Source: Firmicutes bacterium UBA3943
GTDB taxonomy: Bacteria; Bacillota; UBA4882; UBA10575; UBA3943
Direction: 5' to 3'
Assembly: GCA_002385625.1 (NCBI GenBank)
Contig: DGDV01000039.1
Location: 124,851-188,850 of the forward strand
DNA: 64,000 nucleotides
The notes below the pieces were generated by a model. That model saw only the letters and a program-made list of their open reading frames with translations, was not told where the DNA came from and did no database searches. Numbering within the stretch: position 1 is the stretch's first letter; each line of letters begins with the position of its first letter. The translations under genes and the position numbers were made by a program. Shown here in pieces: positions 38,749 through 48,129 of this stretch.

Positions 38749-39705
38749 ATGCAGACTCATTTGCGTCCCATGGGAATCGGTGAGATCTTCGACCGGTGTT
38801 TTTACATCCTGCGCACAAACTTTGGTACTCTGGTGAAGCTTCATGGGATTGCCTTTTTACCGGTCTACATCCTGCTGGCCTTGGCCCTGGTTGGCGCAGT
38901 AATCTTCCAAAAGGCCAATCCCTTTTTCTTTCAAAAAATAGCAAACCCGGAATCCCTCTCACCTGGTTTAGCCTTGTTAGTTATTGGCTTGTTTCTCCTG
39001 TTTATTTTCTTTGCCCTTCTGGTGATGGCTGTAATCTATGTAAATATTTACGGGATATATCGGATCTTTGATGCCGGTGTACGGGGGGAGAAAATCACCT
39101 GGCGGCAAGCGCTGAAGGGCTGGCCCCTGGGGGCGTTGTTCCTGTTTATAGCGGGGATAATCTTGGCAATTGCTGGGGGGACTGTGGGTTTTGCGGCTGG
39201 TATTCCCATAATGGCCTTAAAAATGGTAAATAACGTCTTAGGCGAACTGGTACAGTTTGCGTTCAACATGATTATTTCCGTTTTTACCGTCTTGGCCATG
39301 CCAATTGTGGTTTTGGAGCGGAAGGACCCGGTGACGCCGGTGTGGCGTAGTATCTGCCTGACCGTGAAGAATTTTTGGCGGGCTTTAGGGGTAATCTTGT
39401 TAAGTACACTTTTGTATATGTGCTTATATGTTTTGATTACAGTCCTTTTTCTCCTGCCTTTCTTCTGGATTATGGGCATGTCGGGTGTCACCTTCGATAA
39501 TCCGGAAGCCTTGCTCAATATGCTATTGACACCCGGGATGCTTGCTTTTGGGCTGGGACTGTTTGTTACGATCCTGTTATTGTCCTTTATCTTATTCCAT
39601 TTTAACCTGGGCATACAGGTCATAATGCTGTATGACTTTAAGATCCGAAGTGAAGGCTATGATTTATTGCCGCCGGAAGAAGTGGGAATAACTGTTGCAG
39701 GTTAG
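38749..39705 (+). CDS. Polytopic membrane protein of the MoxR/RDD neighbourhood
   Basis: LRPMGIGEIFD N-terminus, about 6 TM segments, C-terminal LYDFKIRSEGYDL. Confidence 0.7.
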   Translation: MQTHLRPMGIGEIFDRCFYILRTNFGTLVKLHGIAFLPVYILLALALVGAVIFQKANPFFFQKIANPESLSPGLALLVIGLFLLFIFFALLVMAVIYVNIYGIYRIFDAGVRGEKITWRQALKGWPLGALFLFIAGIILAIAGGTVGFAAGIPIMALKMVNNVLGELVQFAFNMIISVFTVLAMPIVVLERKDPVTPVWRSICLTVKNFWRALGVILLSTLLYMCLYVLITVLFLLPFFWIMGMSGVTFDNPEALLNMLLTPGMLAFGLGLFVTILLLSFILFHFNLGIQVIMLYDFKIRSEGYDLLPPEEVGITVAG

Positions 39706-39864
39706 GAAAAATCCCTTATAATAAGACTTAATCCGGTTTATTCCTGCAGAGGAGTTCCGGTTGTTCCGTCGAATTTGCTTTTAGAAATTATTTTGGAAGC
39801 TTCTCCCCATCTTTATTTGGGGAAATACAGACTGATCGTGTTCCAATCAGGGATGGGAGGTTCC

Positions 39865-41145
39865 ATGTTTCTCGATCAAATTACCATCCGTGTTGAGGCC
39901 GGCAAAGGCGGGGATGGCGCCACCAGTTTCCGGCGGGAAAAATATGTGCCCCAAGGCGGTCCCGACGGGGGCGACGGTGGCCGGGGCGGTCATGTTATCT
40001 TTGAGACTGACGAAGGTTTAACCACCCTCCATCACCTGCGCTACCAACGGAAGATCAAAGCCCAAAACGGTATGCCCGGCGCAGGTGTTAAACGGACTGG
40101 TAAATCCGGTGAAGATGTGGTAGTGAAGGTGCCGGTGGGAACGATCATTCGTGACCACAAGAACGGACGGGTCTTGGCCGATCTCTCCGAGCCGGGGGAC
40201 GCGGTGATTATCGCCAAGGGCGGCCGCGGCGGGCGGGGCAATGCCCGCTTTGCCGGACCGAGCCATCAAGCGCCGAAGTTTTCCGAGCGCGGTGAACCCG
40301 GCGAAGCCTTTGAAGTGGATCTGGAACTTAAACTTTTGGCTGATGTAGGGTTTGTTGGTCTGCCGAACGCGGGGAAAAGTACGTTGCTGTCGGTTATATC
40401 AGCGGCCAAACCCAAAATTGCCGACTATCCCTTCACCACCTTGGTCCCCAATCTGGGTGTTGTCTCTGTGGACGACCACAGCTTTGTGGCGGCGGATATT
40501 CCCGGTTTAATTGAAGGGGCCCACCAGGGAGCCGGGCTTGGTCATGAGTTTCTTCGCCACATCGAGCGGACCCGCTTGCTCTGGCATGTGGTGGATCTAA
40601 GCGGGTGGGAACAGGACCCGCTTGTTGCCTATGACCAAATTAACCAAGAATTAGCCTCATACAAAGTGGACTTATCCCAGCGTCCCCAGCTTGTTGTTGC
40701 CAATAAAATGGACTTGCCGGAGGCGCAAAACAGGATAGCTGAGTTTACTGCAGCTTTAACTGCCAAAGGACTGGAGGTATTTCCCGTCTCAGCAGCAACG
40801 GGGAGCGGGATTCCGGAACTGCTCCGGCGGACAGTTGCCTTGTTAGCGGAGATTCCTCGGCCGGAGCCTGTGGCGGTGGAGGTCAGAGAACTGGAGCCAA
40901 AGTTTGATTTTGCAGTAGTTCCGGTGGAACCGGGAGTCTTCAGGATTGACAGCGAGTGGATCGCCCGTCGCCTGGCCCGGTTCAACATGGATCAAGAAGA
41001 ATCTCAAGTGCGTTTTGCCAAACTCCTGAAACGATGGGGTGTGGAGGACGCTTTGCAAAAAGCCGGGATAAAGGAGGGAGATACCGTCTTTATTGGGGAG
41101 ACGGAACTTGTCTATTCGAATCATACTGAATTTTATGGTGATTAA
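39865..41145 (+). CDS. obgE: GTPase ObgE/CgtA
   Basis: FRREKYVPQGGPDGGDGG, VGLPNAGKST, YPFTT, DIPG, ANKMD, OCT domain. Confidence 0.98.
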   Translation: MFLDQITIRVEAGKGGDGATSFRREKYVPQGGPDGGDGGRGGHVIFETDEGLTTLHHLRYQRKIKAQNGMPGAGVKRTGKSGEDVVVKVPVGTIIRDHKNGRVLADLSEPGDAVIIAKGGRGGRGNARFAGPSHQAPKFSERGEPGEAFEVDLELKLLADVGFVGLPNAGKSTLLSVISAAKPKIADYPFTTLVPNLGVVSVDDHSFVAADIPGLIEGAHQGAGLGHEFLRHIERTRLLWHVVDLSGWEQDPLVAYDQINQELASYKVDLSQRPQLVVANKMDLPEAQNRIAEFTAALTAKGLEVFPVSAATGSGIPELLRRTVALLAEIPRPEPVAVEVRELEPKFDFAVVPVEPGVFRIDSEWIARRLARFNMDQEESQVRFAKLLKRWGVEDALQKAGIKEGDTVFIGETELVYSNHTEFYGD

Positions 41146-41198
41146 TTTAAGAGTTAAAAAACCAAACATGTTTCAAGAAGCAGGAGGTAGTATCTTCC

Positions 41199-41390
41199 AT
41201 GACTTGTTTGGAGTGCGGGAATTGCCGTGTCGGCACGGATCTGTTGTATTATTGTCCCGCGCGCAATGAGTTCGTTATTACGGAAAAACCCGCAATAGAC
41301 AAGGTACGGGCGGGGTCTCATTGGAAAAAAGGCGATAAGGAGTACGAAATAAATCGTCGACGTCTCCGCAAAGACAGAGAAATCTCCTAG
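41199..41390 (+). CDS. Small Cys-rich hypothetical protein
   Basis: Perfect AGGAGGT RBS; CxxCxxC-x8-C; basic C-terminus. Confidence 0.7.
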   Translation: MTCLECGNCRVGTDLLYYCPARNEFVITEKPAIDKVRAGSHWKKGDKEYEINRRRLRKDREIS

Positions 41391-41518
41391 GATTTTTTTC
41401 GGCCGCCTGTTGGCGGCTATTATTTGTCTTTTCTGCCGTTGGCTGGAGGACGCTGACCGGTTGCCTCTTTTAACCACCGGAATTATTATGGTATAATTGA
41501 CCTCAAAGCAAGAAGGGA

Positions 41519-41824
41519 ATGGAACTAATGGAACTGACAAGTAAACAACGGGCTTATTTACGGAGTTTGGGACAGAAGCTTGAACCCATCGTCTGGGTGG
41601 GCAAGGGTGATATTTCCCCGGCGGTGGTGCAAAGCACCGATGAAGCGTTGACCAGCCGGGAGTTGGTAAAAGGCCGTGTTCAGCAAGAAGCGCCTCTTAC
41701 GGCCCGGGAAGCTGGGACAGTCTTGGCCGAGGCCTGTCAAGCGACGCTGGTTGCCACCATCGGCCGGACGTTCTTGCTGTACCGGCCCAATCCAGAGAAG
41801 CCCCACATCATTTTGGAGGAATAG
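41519..41824 (+). CDS. yhbY: YhbY/CRM RNA-binding ribosome assembly protein
   Basis: LTSKQRAYLRSL, VGK, ELVK, IGRTFLLYRP. Confidence 0.92.
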   Translation: MELMELTSKQRAYLRSLGQKLEPIVWVGKGDISPAVVQSTDEALTSRELVKGRVQQEAPLTAREAGTVLAEACQATLVATIGRTFLLYRPNPEKPHIILEE

Positions 41825-41831
41825 ACCTAAG

Positions 41832-42968
41832 ATGGAGGATTTTAAGATCTGTACAACAGCAAAACGCATTGTGGTTAAGGTTGGCACCAGCACATTGACC
41901 CACGCCAACGGCCGGTTGCACCTGCAGCGGATGGAGAGCTTAGCCCGGCAACTGACGGATCTCCGCAATGGTGGGCGTGAGGTGGTACTGGTCTCCTCAG
42001 GGGCGGTGGGGGCCGGGCTGGGCCGCCTCGGTCTGGAAGAAAGACCCAAAACCATGCCGGAACGGCAGGCCGCTGCCGCCGTGGGCCAAGGCCTGCTCAT
42101 GCAGGTCTATTCCAAACTGTTCTCTGAGTATGGCCAAATTGTTGCCCAAGTCCTCCTGACCCGGGAGGACCTGGACCATCGCCTGCGGTATTTGAATGCC
42201 CGGAATACCATTCTCACCCTGTTGGGCTACGGTGTGATTCCCATTATCAATGAGAATGACACCGTGGCAACGGATGAACTGAAAAACCTGCATTTTGGCG
42301 ATAACGACCAATTGTCTGCCCTGGTGGCTTGCACCGTCGGGGCGGATCTGCTGGTCCTTCTCTCGGACATTGACGGTCTGTATAACCGGGACCCCCGTCA
42401 ACACACTGATGCGGAAAAGATCACCGTTGTGAAGGAGTTGACGCCGGAGCTTTTTGCCGGGGCCGGCGGCGCCGGTTCACGCCGGGGCACAGGGGGAATG
42501 GCCACCAAGTTGGAGGCGGCGCGGATTGCGACCCGGTCTGGCATTGCCATGCTGCTGGCGGATGGTTCCGTCCCCGGAGTTTTACACCGGATTCTGGACG
42601 GGGGAGAAGCAGAGGGGACCTTGTTTTTACCACAGAAGGATGCCCTTTTACAGCGTGAACGATGGATGGCCTTCGCTGGCTGTCCCGTCGGGACCCTGCA
42701 AATCGATGCCGGAGCGGTTAATGCCCTGGTTAAACAAGGGAAGAGCCTGTTGCCCTCCGGGATTGTTGCGGTAGAGGGCCATTTTGGGGCTGGAGACCTG
42801 ATCCGGATCACCGACAGTGAGGGCCGGGAGATTGCCCGGGGCCTTACCCACTATGGTGATGAAGAACTGCGAAAGATCATGGGGAGAAAATGTTCGGAGA
42901 TTCAGGGACTGCTTGGCTACAAGCACTACGATGAAGTGGTGCACCGGAATAATATGGTTTGTTTATGA
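41832..42968 (+). CDS. proB: Glutamate 5-kinase
   Basis: IVVKVGTS, VSSGAVGAG, PIINEND, GDNDQLSA, GTGGMATK, PUA domain. Confidence 0.97.
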   Translation: MEDFKICTTAKRIVVKVGTSTLTHANGRLHLQRMESLARQLTDLRNGGREVVLVSSGAVGAGLGRLGLEERPKTMPERQAAAAVGQGLLMQVYSKLFSEYGQIVAQVLLTREDLDHRLRYLNARNTILTLLGYGVIPIINENDTVATDELKNLHFGDNDQLSALVACTVGADLLVLLSDIDGLYNRDPRQHTDAEKITVVKELTPELFAGAGGAGSRRGTGGMATKLEAARIATRSGIAMLLADGSVPGVLHRILDGGEAEGTLFLPQKDALLQRERWMAFAGCPVGTLQIDAGAVNALVKQGKSLLPSGIVAVEGHFGAGDLIRITDSEGREIARGLTHYGDEELRKIMGRKCSEIQGLLGYKHYDEVVHRNNMVCL

Positions 42969-42999
42969 TTAATTGAGGATGGTAGGGGACAGAGCGATC

Positions 43000-43584
43000 A
43001 TGCGCACCGGGATTTTTGGCGGGAGTTTCGACCCCATTCATCTGGGCCACCTGTTGTTGGCGGAAGCAGCATGGGAGGAACTGGGGCTCACGCGTCTCAT
43101 CTTTGTTCCCGCCCATTGTTCTCCTTGGAAAAAAGGAACGTCGGCCGAGCCTAAGCAACGTTACGCCATGGTGGAGTTGGCCGTTAAAAACAGGCCTGGC
43201 TTTGAGGTCTCCAGCTTGGAGCTGGACCGGGAGCCCCCGTCATATACGGTGGAAACCCTGCGGGCGCTGCGGCGGGAAGCCCCGGATGAGGAATTCTGGC
43301 TGATCCTGGGCGCCGATGGCATCCAAGATTTTATGAACTGGCGGGAGAGTAAGGAGATCCTAACCCTTGCCAACATCGCCGTCGGCCAAAGGCCCGGTTA
43401 CCAGACGAAACTCCCGGAACAGCTGCAGATCTTGGGGGAGGAGCGGGTACGGGTCTTACCCGGTCCTTGCTGCGATCTTTCCTCGACGGAGATCCGGGAA
43501 CGCATTGCCGCCGGGCGGTCCGTCCGCTATAGATTAACCCCGGAAGTTGAAGAATATATCAAAGAACACCGTCTCTACCGTTGA
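43000..43584 (+). CDS. nadD: Nicotinate-nucleotide adenylyltransferase
   Basis: FGGSFDPIHLGH, SYTVETL, LSSTEIR. Confidence 0.95.
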   Translation: MRTGIFGGSFDPIHLGHLLLAEAAWEELGLTRLIFVPAHCSPWKKGTSAEPKQRYAMVELAVKNRPGFEVSSLELDREPPSYTVETLRALRREAPDEEFWLILGADGIQDFMNWRESKEILTLANIAVGQRPGYQTKLPEQLQILGEERVRVLPGPCCDLSSTEIRERIAAGRSVRYRLTPEVEEYIKEHRLYR

Positions 43585-43791
43585 TGGATGAATACACCTT
43601 GACCAGGGTAATTTTTCATTCTCTGCCGTCAGGTTAAACCGCCTCCTTCGCATACTCCGATTTAAACTGCGCAAAATATACCTAGGTTGCGTTGGGTGGC
43701 TTGGGGAAAACAACGCCGGATCATCAGAAGCGGAACCGCCACCACCTCTTGGAAACGCACCTTAAGTAACGGAGGAAAGAGAGTGAGGCGG

Positions 43792-44049
43792 GTGTCTAAG
43801 ACACTGTATGTGGGTAATTTACCCTGGTCAACCACTGAAGAGGATTTGGCCCAATTTTTCTCAACCGCAGCGGAAGTGAGGGGAAGCAGGATTATTACGG
43901 ATCGGGAAAGCGGCCGGTCCAGGGGCTTCGGTTTTGTGGAGGTTGATGATGAGGTTGCCGATAAGGTGATTGAGTCGATGAACGGGAAAAACCTGGGCGG
44001 CCGAGAGATCATCGTTAACGAGGCAAAACCAAGACAGCCAATGGCATAA
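43792..44049 (+). CDS. Single-RRM RNA-binding protein
   Basis: RNP2 LYVGNL, RNP1 RGFGFVEV, VNEAKPR. Confidence 0.93.
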   Translation: MSKTLYVGNLPWSTTEEDLAQFFSTAAEVRGSRIITDRESGRSRGFGFVEVDDEVADKVIESMNGKNLGGREIIVNEAKPRQPMA

Positions 44050-44075
44050 AAAAGGTGCGAACGCACCTTTTTTTT
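44048..44075. terminator. Intrinsic terminator
   Basis: AAAAAAGGTGC-GAAC-GCACCTTTTTTTT. Confidence 0.85.
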
Positions 44076-44131
44076 ATATAATGTAACATTAGCATTGCTG
44101 TTGTAAAAAGGATTTTAAAAAATGGCGGCGA

Positions 44132-44752
44132 ATGGTAACCAAAGTCCAGGAAGAGAGGCGGGGAAGCGTGCCCACATCAGTAACTTTAAGGATCTGCGAA
44201 GAACTGCGGCGCATTCTATCACCGGAGCGCTACGAGCATTGCCAAGGTGTTATGAACCTCGCCACCCAACTGGCGCAGAAATATGGGGGGGATCCTGAAA
44301 AAGCGGCTCTTGCCGGTATACTCCATGATATAGCCCGGGAATTGTCCCCTGACCAATTGTTGGCCGAGGCTCGTCGTCACCGGATTCCCGTTGATCCCCT
44401 GGAAGAAAAATCTCCAATCCTCCTCCACGGCAAAATTGGGGCATTACATGCCAGGCTGGACTGGGGAGTCGATGATCCGGAGGTATTGGAGGCCATTGCC
44501 CTCCATATTACCGCGGATTCCCATATGTCTTTGACAGCACAACTCATCTTCCTGGCGGATTTTGCCGAACCGGGCCGCTCCTTCGGTTCCGCCCGTTTTG
44601 CCAGGGAATTGAGCTACATCAATTTGGGTAGCGCCTTGGAGTACGTGTTAAACCAGGAGATCATTTTTGTCCTCAACCAAGGTTTTCTGCTGCACCCAAA
44701 GACATTGGCCGCGCGGAACCGGTTATTGCTTGAAGGGACATTAAACCCTTAA
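44132..44752 (+). CDS. yqeK: HD-domain Ap4A hydrolase YqeK (start may be GTG 44168)
   Basis: RYEHC.GV, GILHDIAR, LHGKIGA, IFLADFAEPGR; nadD-rsfS context. Confidence 0.88.
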   Translation: MVTKVQEERRGSVPTSVTLRICEELRRILSPERYEHCQGVMNLATQLAQKYGGDPEKAALAGILHDIARELSPDQLLAEARRHRIPVDPLEEKSPILLHGKIGALHARLDWGVDDPEVLEAIALHITADSHMSLTAQLIFLADFAEPGRSFGSARFARELSYINLGSALEYVLNQEIIFVLNQGFLLHPKTLAARNRLLLEGTLNP

Positions 44753-44834
44753 ATGCGGGAAGAGCCGGCCGGATCATGGGCGAATTGTTCAGTGGAATAA
44801 TAGACATGGTATCATTGCATGGGGAGGTAAAAGA

Positions 44835-45179
44835 GTGACGGATTTGGAATATCTTCACTTGGCGTGGGAGGCGGTGCTGGATAAAAAGGGCCGGGAACCA
44901 GTACTGTTGGATCTGAGGGAGCTTTCCCGCGTGACGGATTATTTTCTGATTGCCAGCGCCGACACGGCGGTGCAGGTTAAAGCCATTGCCGATCGCGTGG
45001 AAGAATTGCTGCTGGACAAGGGCCTAGCGCCACTGCGCCGGGAGGGTTACCAACAAGGCTACTGGGTTTTACTGGATTACGGCTTTCTTGTGGTCCATAT
45101 CCTCCGCCAACCGGAGAGGGATTTTTACCGGTTGGAACATTTGTGGCAGGATGCCAAACCCGTGAACCTTCCCCTTTAG
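44835..45179 (+). CDS. rsfS: Ribosome silencing factor
   Basis: DKKG, DYFLIAS, WVLLDYG..VVHI....R.FY.LE.LW. Confidence 0.95.
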   Translation: MTDLEYLHLAWEAVLDKKGREPVLLDLRELSRVTDYFLIASADTAVQVKAIADRVEELLLDKGLAPLRREGYQQGYWVLLDYGFLVVHILRQPERDFYRLEHLWQDAKPVNLPL

Positions 45180-45194
45180 CATATTGAGGAATAC

Positions 45195-45223
45195 TTGACA
45201 ATTATTTGGGTGTGATTTATACT
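45195..45223 (+). promoter_or_regulatory. Sigma-A promoter of leuS
   Basis: TTGACA-N17-TATACT. Confidence 0.8.
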
Positions 45224-45229
45224 TTTCAA

Positions 45230-45452
45230 GAAAAGTAAAGAACGGGTCCGGTAGGCCTTGGAAAGGGCCAAACGAGTCGGTGGCTGGTGTAAACCGATCC
45301 CTTTCCCAGTTGAAGCTCACCCGGGAGTTGCAGGGCTGAATTGGCTGTAAGCCCTGACCCAAGCCAGGGTTATGGAGAAAGAGGGTCCCTATGGGGCTGA
45401 AACAGGGTGGGAACGCGAAGCAACGCCCCTGGCTATGCCAGGGGTTTTCTCG
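45230..45452 (+). ncRNA. Leu T-box riboswitch
   Basis: Stem I with GAG...GGTG motifs; GAAG-CTC-A specifier (Leu CUC at 45316-45318); antiterminator AGGG-TGGGAAC-GCG...CGC-CCCT; terminator CCCCTGGC-TAT-GCCAGGGG-GTTTT. Confidence 0.9.
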
Positions 45453-45526
45453 TTGCTCCGGCCCGTTAGCAAAGATTATTTCATCTTTTAACATATAACA
45501 TAAAATGAATGAAGGATGGGATGGGG

Positions 45527-47977
45527 ATGAAAGAAAAGTACTCACCAGGACAGATTGAGGAAAAGTGGCAGAAACGGTGGGAAGAAACCAAGCTTTACGA
45601 GTCGAAGATCGATCCGGCGCGGCCGAAGCATTATGCTTTAACAATGCTCCCTTATCCCAGCGGTGACCTACACATTGGGCATTGGTACGCCATTACCCCA
45701 TCCGACGCGCACGCCCGCTATATGCGGATGAAAGGTTATAATGTCTTGTTTCCCATGGGGTTTGACGCCTTTGGCCTGCCCGCGGAGAATGCTGCCATCA
45801 AACGGGGGATCCATCCGGCGGAATGGACATTGAAAAATGTGGAACGGATGCGGCAGCAACTGAAATCCATGGGCGCTATCTTCGATTGGAACAGGGAGGT
45901 TGTCACCTGCCTGCCCGACTACTACCGCTGGACCCAGTGGTTCTTCCTGAAGTTTTACGAGAAGGGTATTGCCTACCGCAAATACGCGCCCGTGGACTTT
46001 TGCCCGTCCTGCAATACCACCTTGGCCCGGGAGCAGGTCTGGGGCGAAGACCGCCACTGTGAGCGCTGCAATACACCGGTGATCAAAAAGGAACTGAATC
46101 AATGGTTTTTTAAGATCACTGACTACGCCGAGGAACTGTTGGACTTCTCCGGTATCGACTGGCCGGAGCGGGTTAAAACCATGCAGGAGAACTGGATCGG
46201 CAAGAGTGAAGGAGCGGAAGTTACCTTTAAGACCGAGTCAGGCGAGCCTTTTGTGATCTTTACCACCCGTCCCGACACCTTGTGGGGAGTAACTTTTATG
46301 GTGCTGGCGCCGGAACACCCGTTGGTGGATAAGATTACTGCTCCCGAGCAACGGCAAGCCATCGAGGCTTACCGGTTTGAGGCTAGTCGCCAGACGGAGA
46401 TTGAACGGCTGGCCACAGATAAGGAAAAAACCGGCGTCTTTACCGGCGCATATGCCATTAACCCAGTGAATGGGGAGAAGATTCCCATTTGGGTGGCGGA
46501 TTATGTGATGATGGGTTACGGGACCGGCGCCATTATGGCGGTGCCAGCCCATGACCAACGGGACTTTGAGTTTGCCCGGAAATATGGTTTAGAGATTAAA
46601 GTGGTCATCCAGCCGGAAGGCGTTGGGCCAATTGCTCCCGAAGAGATGACCGAGGCCTTGCCGGCCTTGGGGACAATGATCAACTCCGGCCCGCTCACCG
46701 GTACGCCGGGTGACCAGTCGCTGAAGAAAGCCATTGAATACGTGGAATCCTTAGGCGTCGGCAAAGCCGCTGTCAATTATCGCCTCAGGGACTGGTTGAT
46801 CAGCCGGCAGCGTTACTGGGGAGCGCCGATTCCCATTGTCTATTGCCCGGACTGCGGGACCGTGCCTGTACCCTATGAAGATTTGCCGGTCCTGCTCCCG
46901 GAGGACGCCGAGTTCCTGCCCACTGGCGAGTCGCCCCTGAAGTACCATGACGGTTTCCGGAAGACCACTTGTCCCAAGTGCGGCGGCCCGGCCGAGCGGG
47001 AGACCGATACCATGGACACTTTCATGTGTTCGTCTTGGTACCAATATGGTTATCTCAGCCCGTATTATCAGGGGGACACCCCCTTTGATCCCAGGGAAGG
47101 AGCCTACTGGCTTCCGGTGGATCAATATACCGGCGGTGTGGAACATGCTTGTATGCACTTGATCTACACCAGGTTCTTCACGAAGGTCATGCGGGACCTG
47201 GGCCTGGTCGATTTTGATGAACCCATGCTTTCCCTGCGCAATCAAGGGATCATTCTGGGTGAAGACAGTGAAAAGATGTCCAAATCCCGCGGCAATGTGG
47301 TGGCCCCCGATGACTTGGTGGCCGATTATGGTGCTGACGCCGTCCGCGCTTACCTGATGTTCGGCTGGCGTTGGGAACAAGGCGGCCCATGGGACAGCCG
47401 GGGAGTAGAGGGCGTTTTCCGCTTCCTGCACCGGGTCTGGGAGCTCATCCTTGGTGATGTGGAAGCTCCTGCCACAGTCGATGCCACTGTGGAACGGGCC
47501 CTCCGCCGTAAGGTTCATCAGACCATTAAAAAGGCCACGGTCGATCTGGAAAGCTTCAATTTCAACACTTATATTGCCGCATTAATGGAGCTCTCCAACA
47601 CTATGACCAAGGCCAAACCCCAGGTGGTGGGCAGTGAAGGTTGGCGGGAGGCCCAGCGTTGCTTTACATTGATGCTTGCCCCGGCCTGCCCCCATCTTGC
47701 CGAGGAGCTGTGGGAACGGATGGGTTACGCTTATTCCGTCCACAATCAAGCCTGGCCTGTTTACAATCCTGAGCTTGCCGCCGAGGACAGTGTCGAGCTG
47801 GGGATCCAAATCAACGGTAAGATCAAGGACAGGATCGCCGTGGCGGTGGATACGCCGGAAGATGAGATCCGGCAGCTGGTGTTGGCGCGGCCCTCTGTCC
47901 AGGAAGCGATCCAGGGCAAGGAAGTTCAAAAGCTGATTGTGGTACCAGGACGTATTGTCAACCTGGTGGTCCGGTAA
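45527..47977 (+). CDS. leuS: Leucine--tRNA ligase
   Basis: MLPYPSGDLHIGH, FTTRPDT, DWLISRQRYWG, KMSKS. Confidence 0.98.
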   Translation: MKEKYSPGQIEEKWQKRWEETKLYESKIDPARPKHYALTMLPYPSGDLHIGHWYAITPSDAHARYMRMKGYNVLFPMGFDAFGLPAENAAIKRGIHPAEWTLKNVERMRQQLKSMGAIFDWNREVVTCLPDYYRWTQWFFLKFYEKGIAYRKYAPVDFCPSCNTTLAREQVWGEDRHCERCNTPVIKKELNQWFFKITDYAEELLDFSGIDWPERVKTMQENWIGKSEGAEVTFKTESGEPFVIFTTRPDTLWGVTFMVLAPEHPLVDKITAPEQRQAIEAYRFEASRQTEIERLATDKEKTGVFTGAYAINPVNGEKIPIWVADYVMMGYGTGAIMAVPAHDQRDFEFARKYGLEIKVVIQPEGVGPIAPEEMTEALPALGTMINSGPLTGTPGDQSLKKAIEYVESLGVGKAAVNYRLRDWLISRQRYWGAPIPIVYCPDCGTVPVPYEDLPVLLPEDAEFLPTGESPLKYHDGFRKTTCPKCGGPAERETDTMDTFMCSSWYQYGYLSPYYQGDTPFDPREGAYWLPVDQYTGGVEHACMHLIYTRFFTKVMRDLGLVDFDEPMLSLRNQGIILGEDSEKMSKSRGNVVAPDDLVADYGADAVRAYLMFGWRWEQGGPWDSRGVEGVFRFLHRVWELILGDVEAPATVDATVERALRRKVHQTIKKATVDLESFNFNTYIAALMELSNTMTKAKPQVVGSEGWREAQRCFTLMLAPACPHLAEELWERMGYAYSVHNQAWPVYNPELAAEDSVELGIQINGKIKDRIAVAVDTPEDEIRQLVLARPSVQEAIQGKEVQKLIVVPGRIVNLVVR

Positions 47978-48014
47978 AAAAGCACCCGTTTATGATGGCC
48001 GATGGCGATAGAAC

Positions 48015-48050
48015 AATGCCCCTCCGAAAACAGGAGGGGCATTATTTTCT
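48015..48050 (+). terminator. Intrinsic terminator
   Basis: AATGCCCCTCC-N7-GGAGGGGCATT-ATTTT. Confidence 0.8.
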
Positions 48051-48052
48051 TC

Positions 48053-48083
48053 GTATAAACGCCCACTTCAGAGGGGAAATTTA
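48053..48083 (+). promoter_or_regulatory. Putative sigma-F/sigma-G promoter of spoIVB
   Basis: GTATA-N15/16-GGGAAATTTA; spoIVB is forespore-expressed in Bacillus subtilis. Confidence 0.5.
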
Positions 48084-48129
48084 ACTTACGGGCGCCGAGT
48101 TGTGCCACTTCTCTGAAGGAGGGTTCAGG

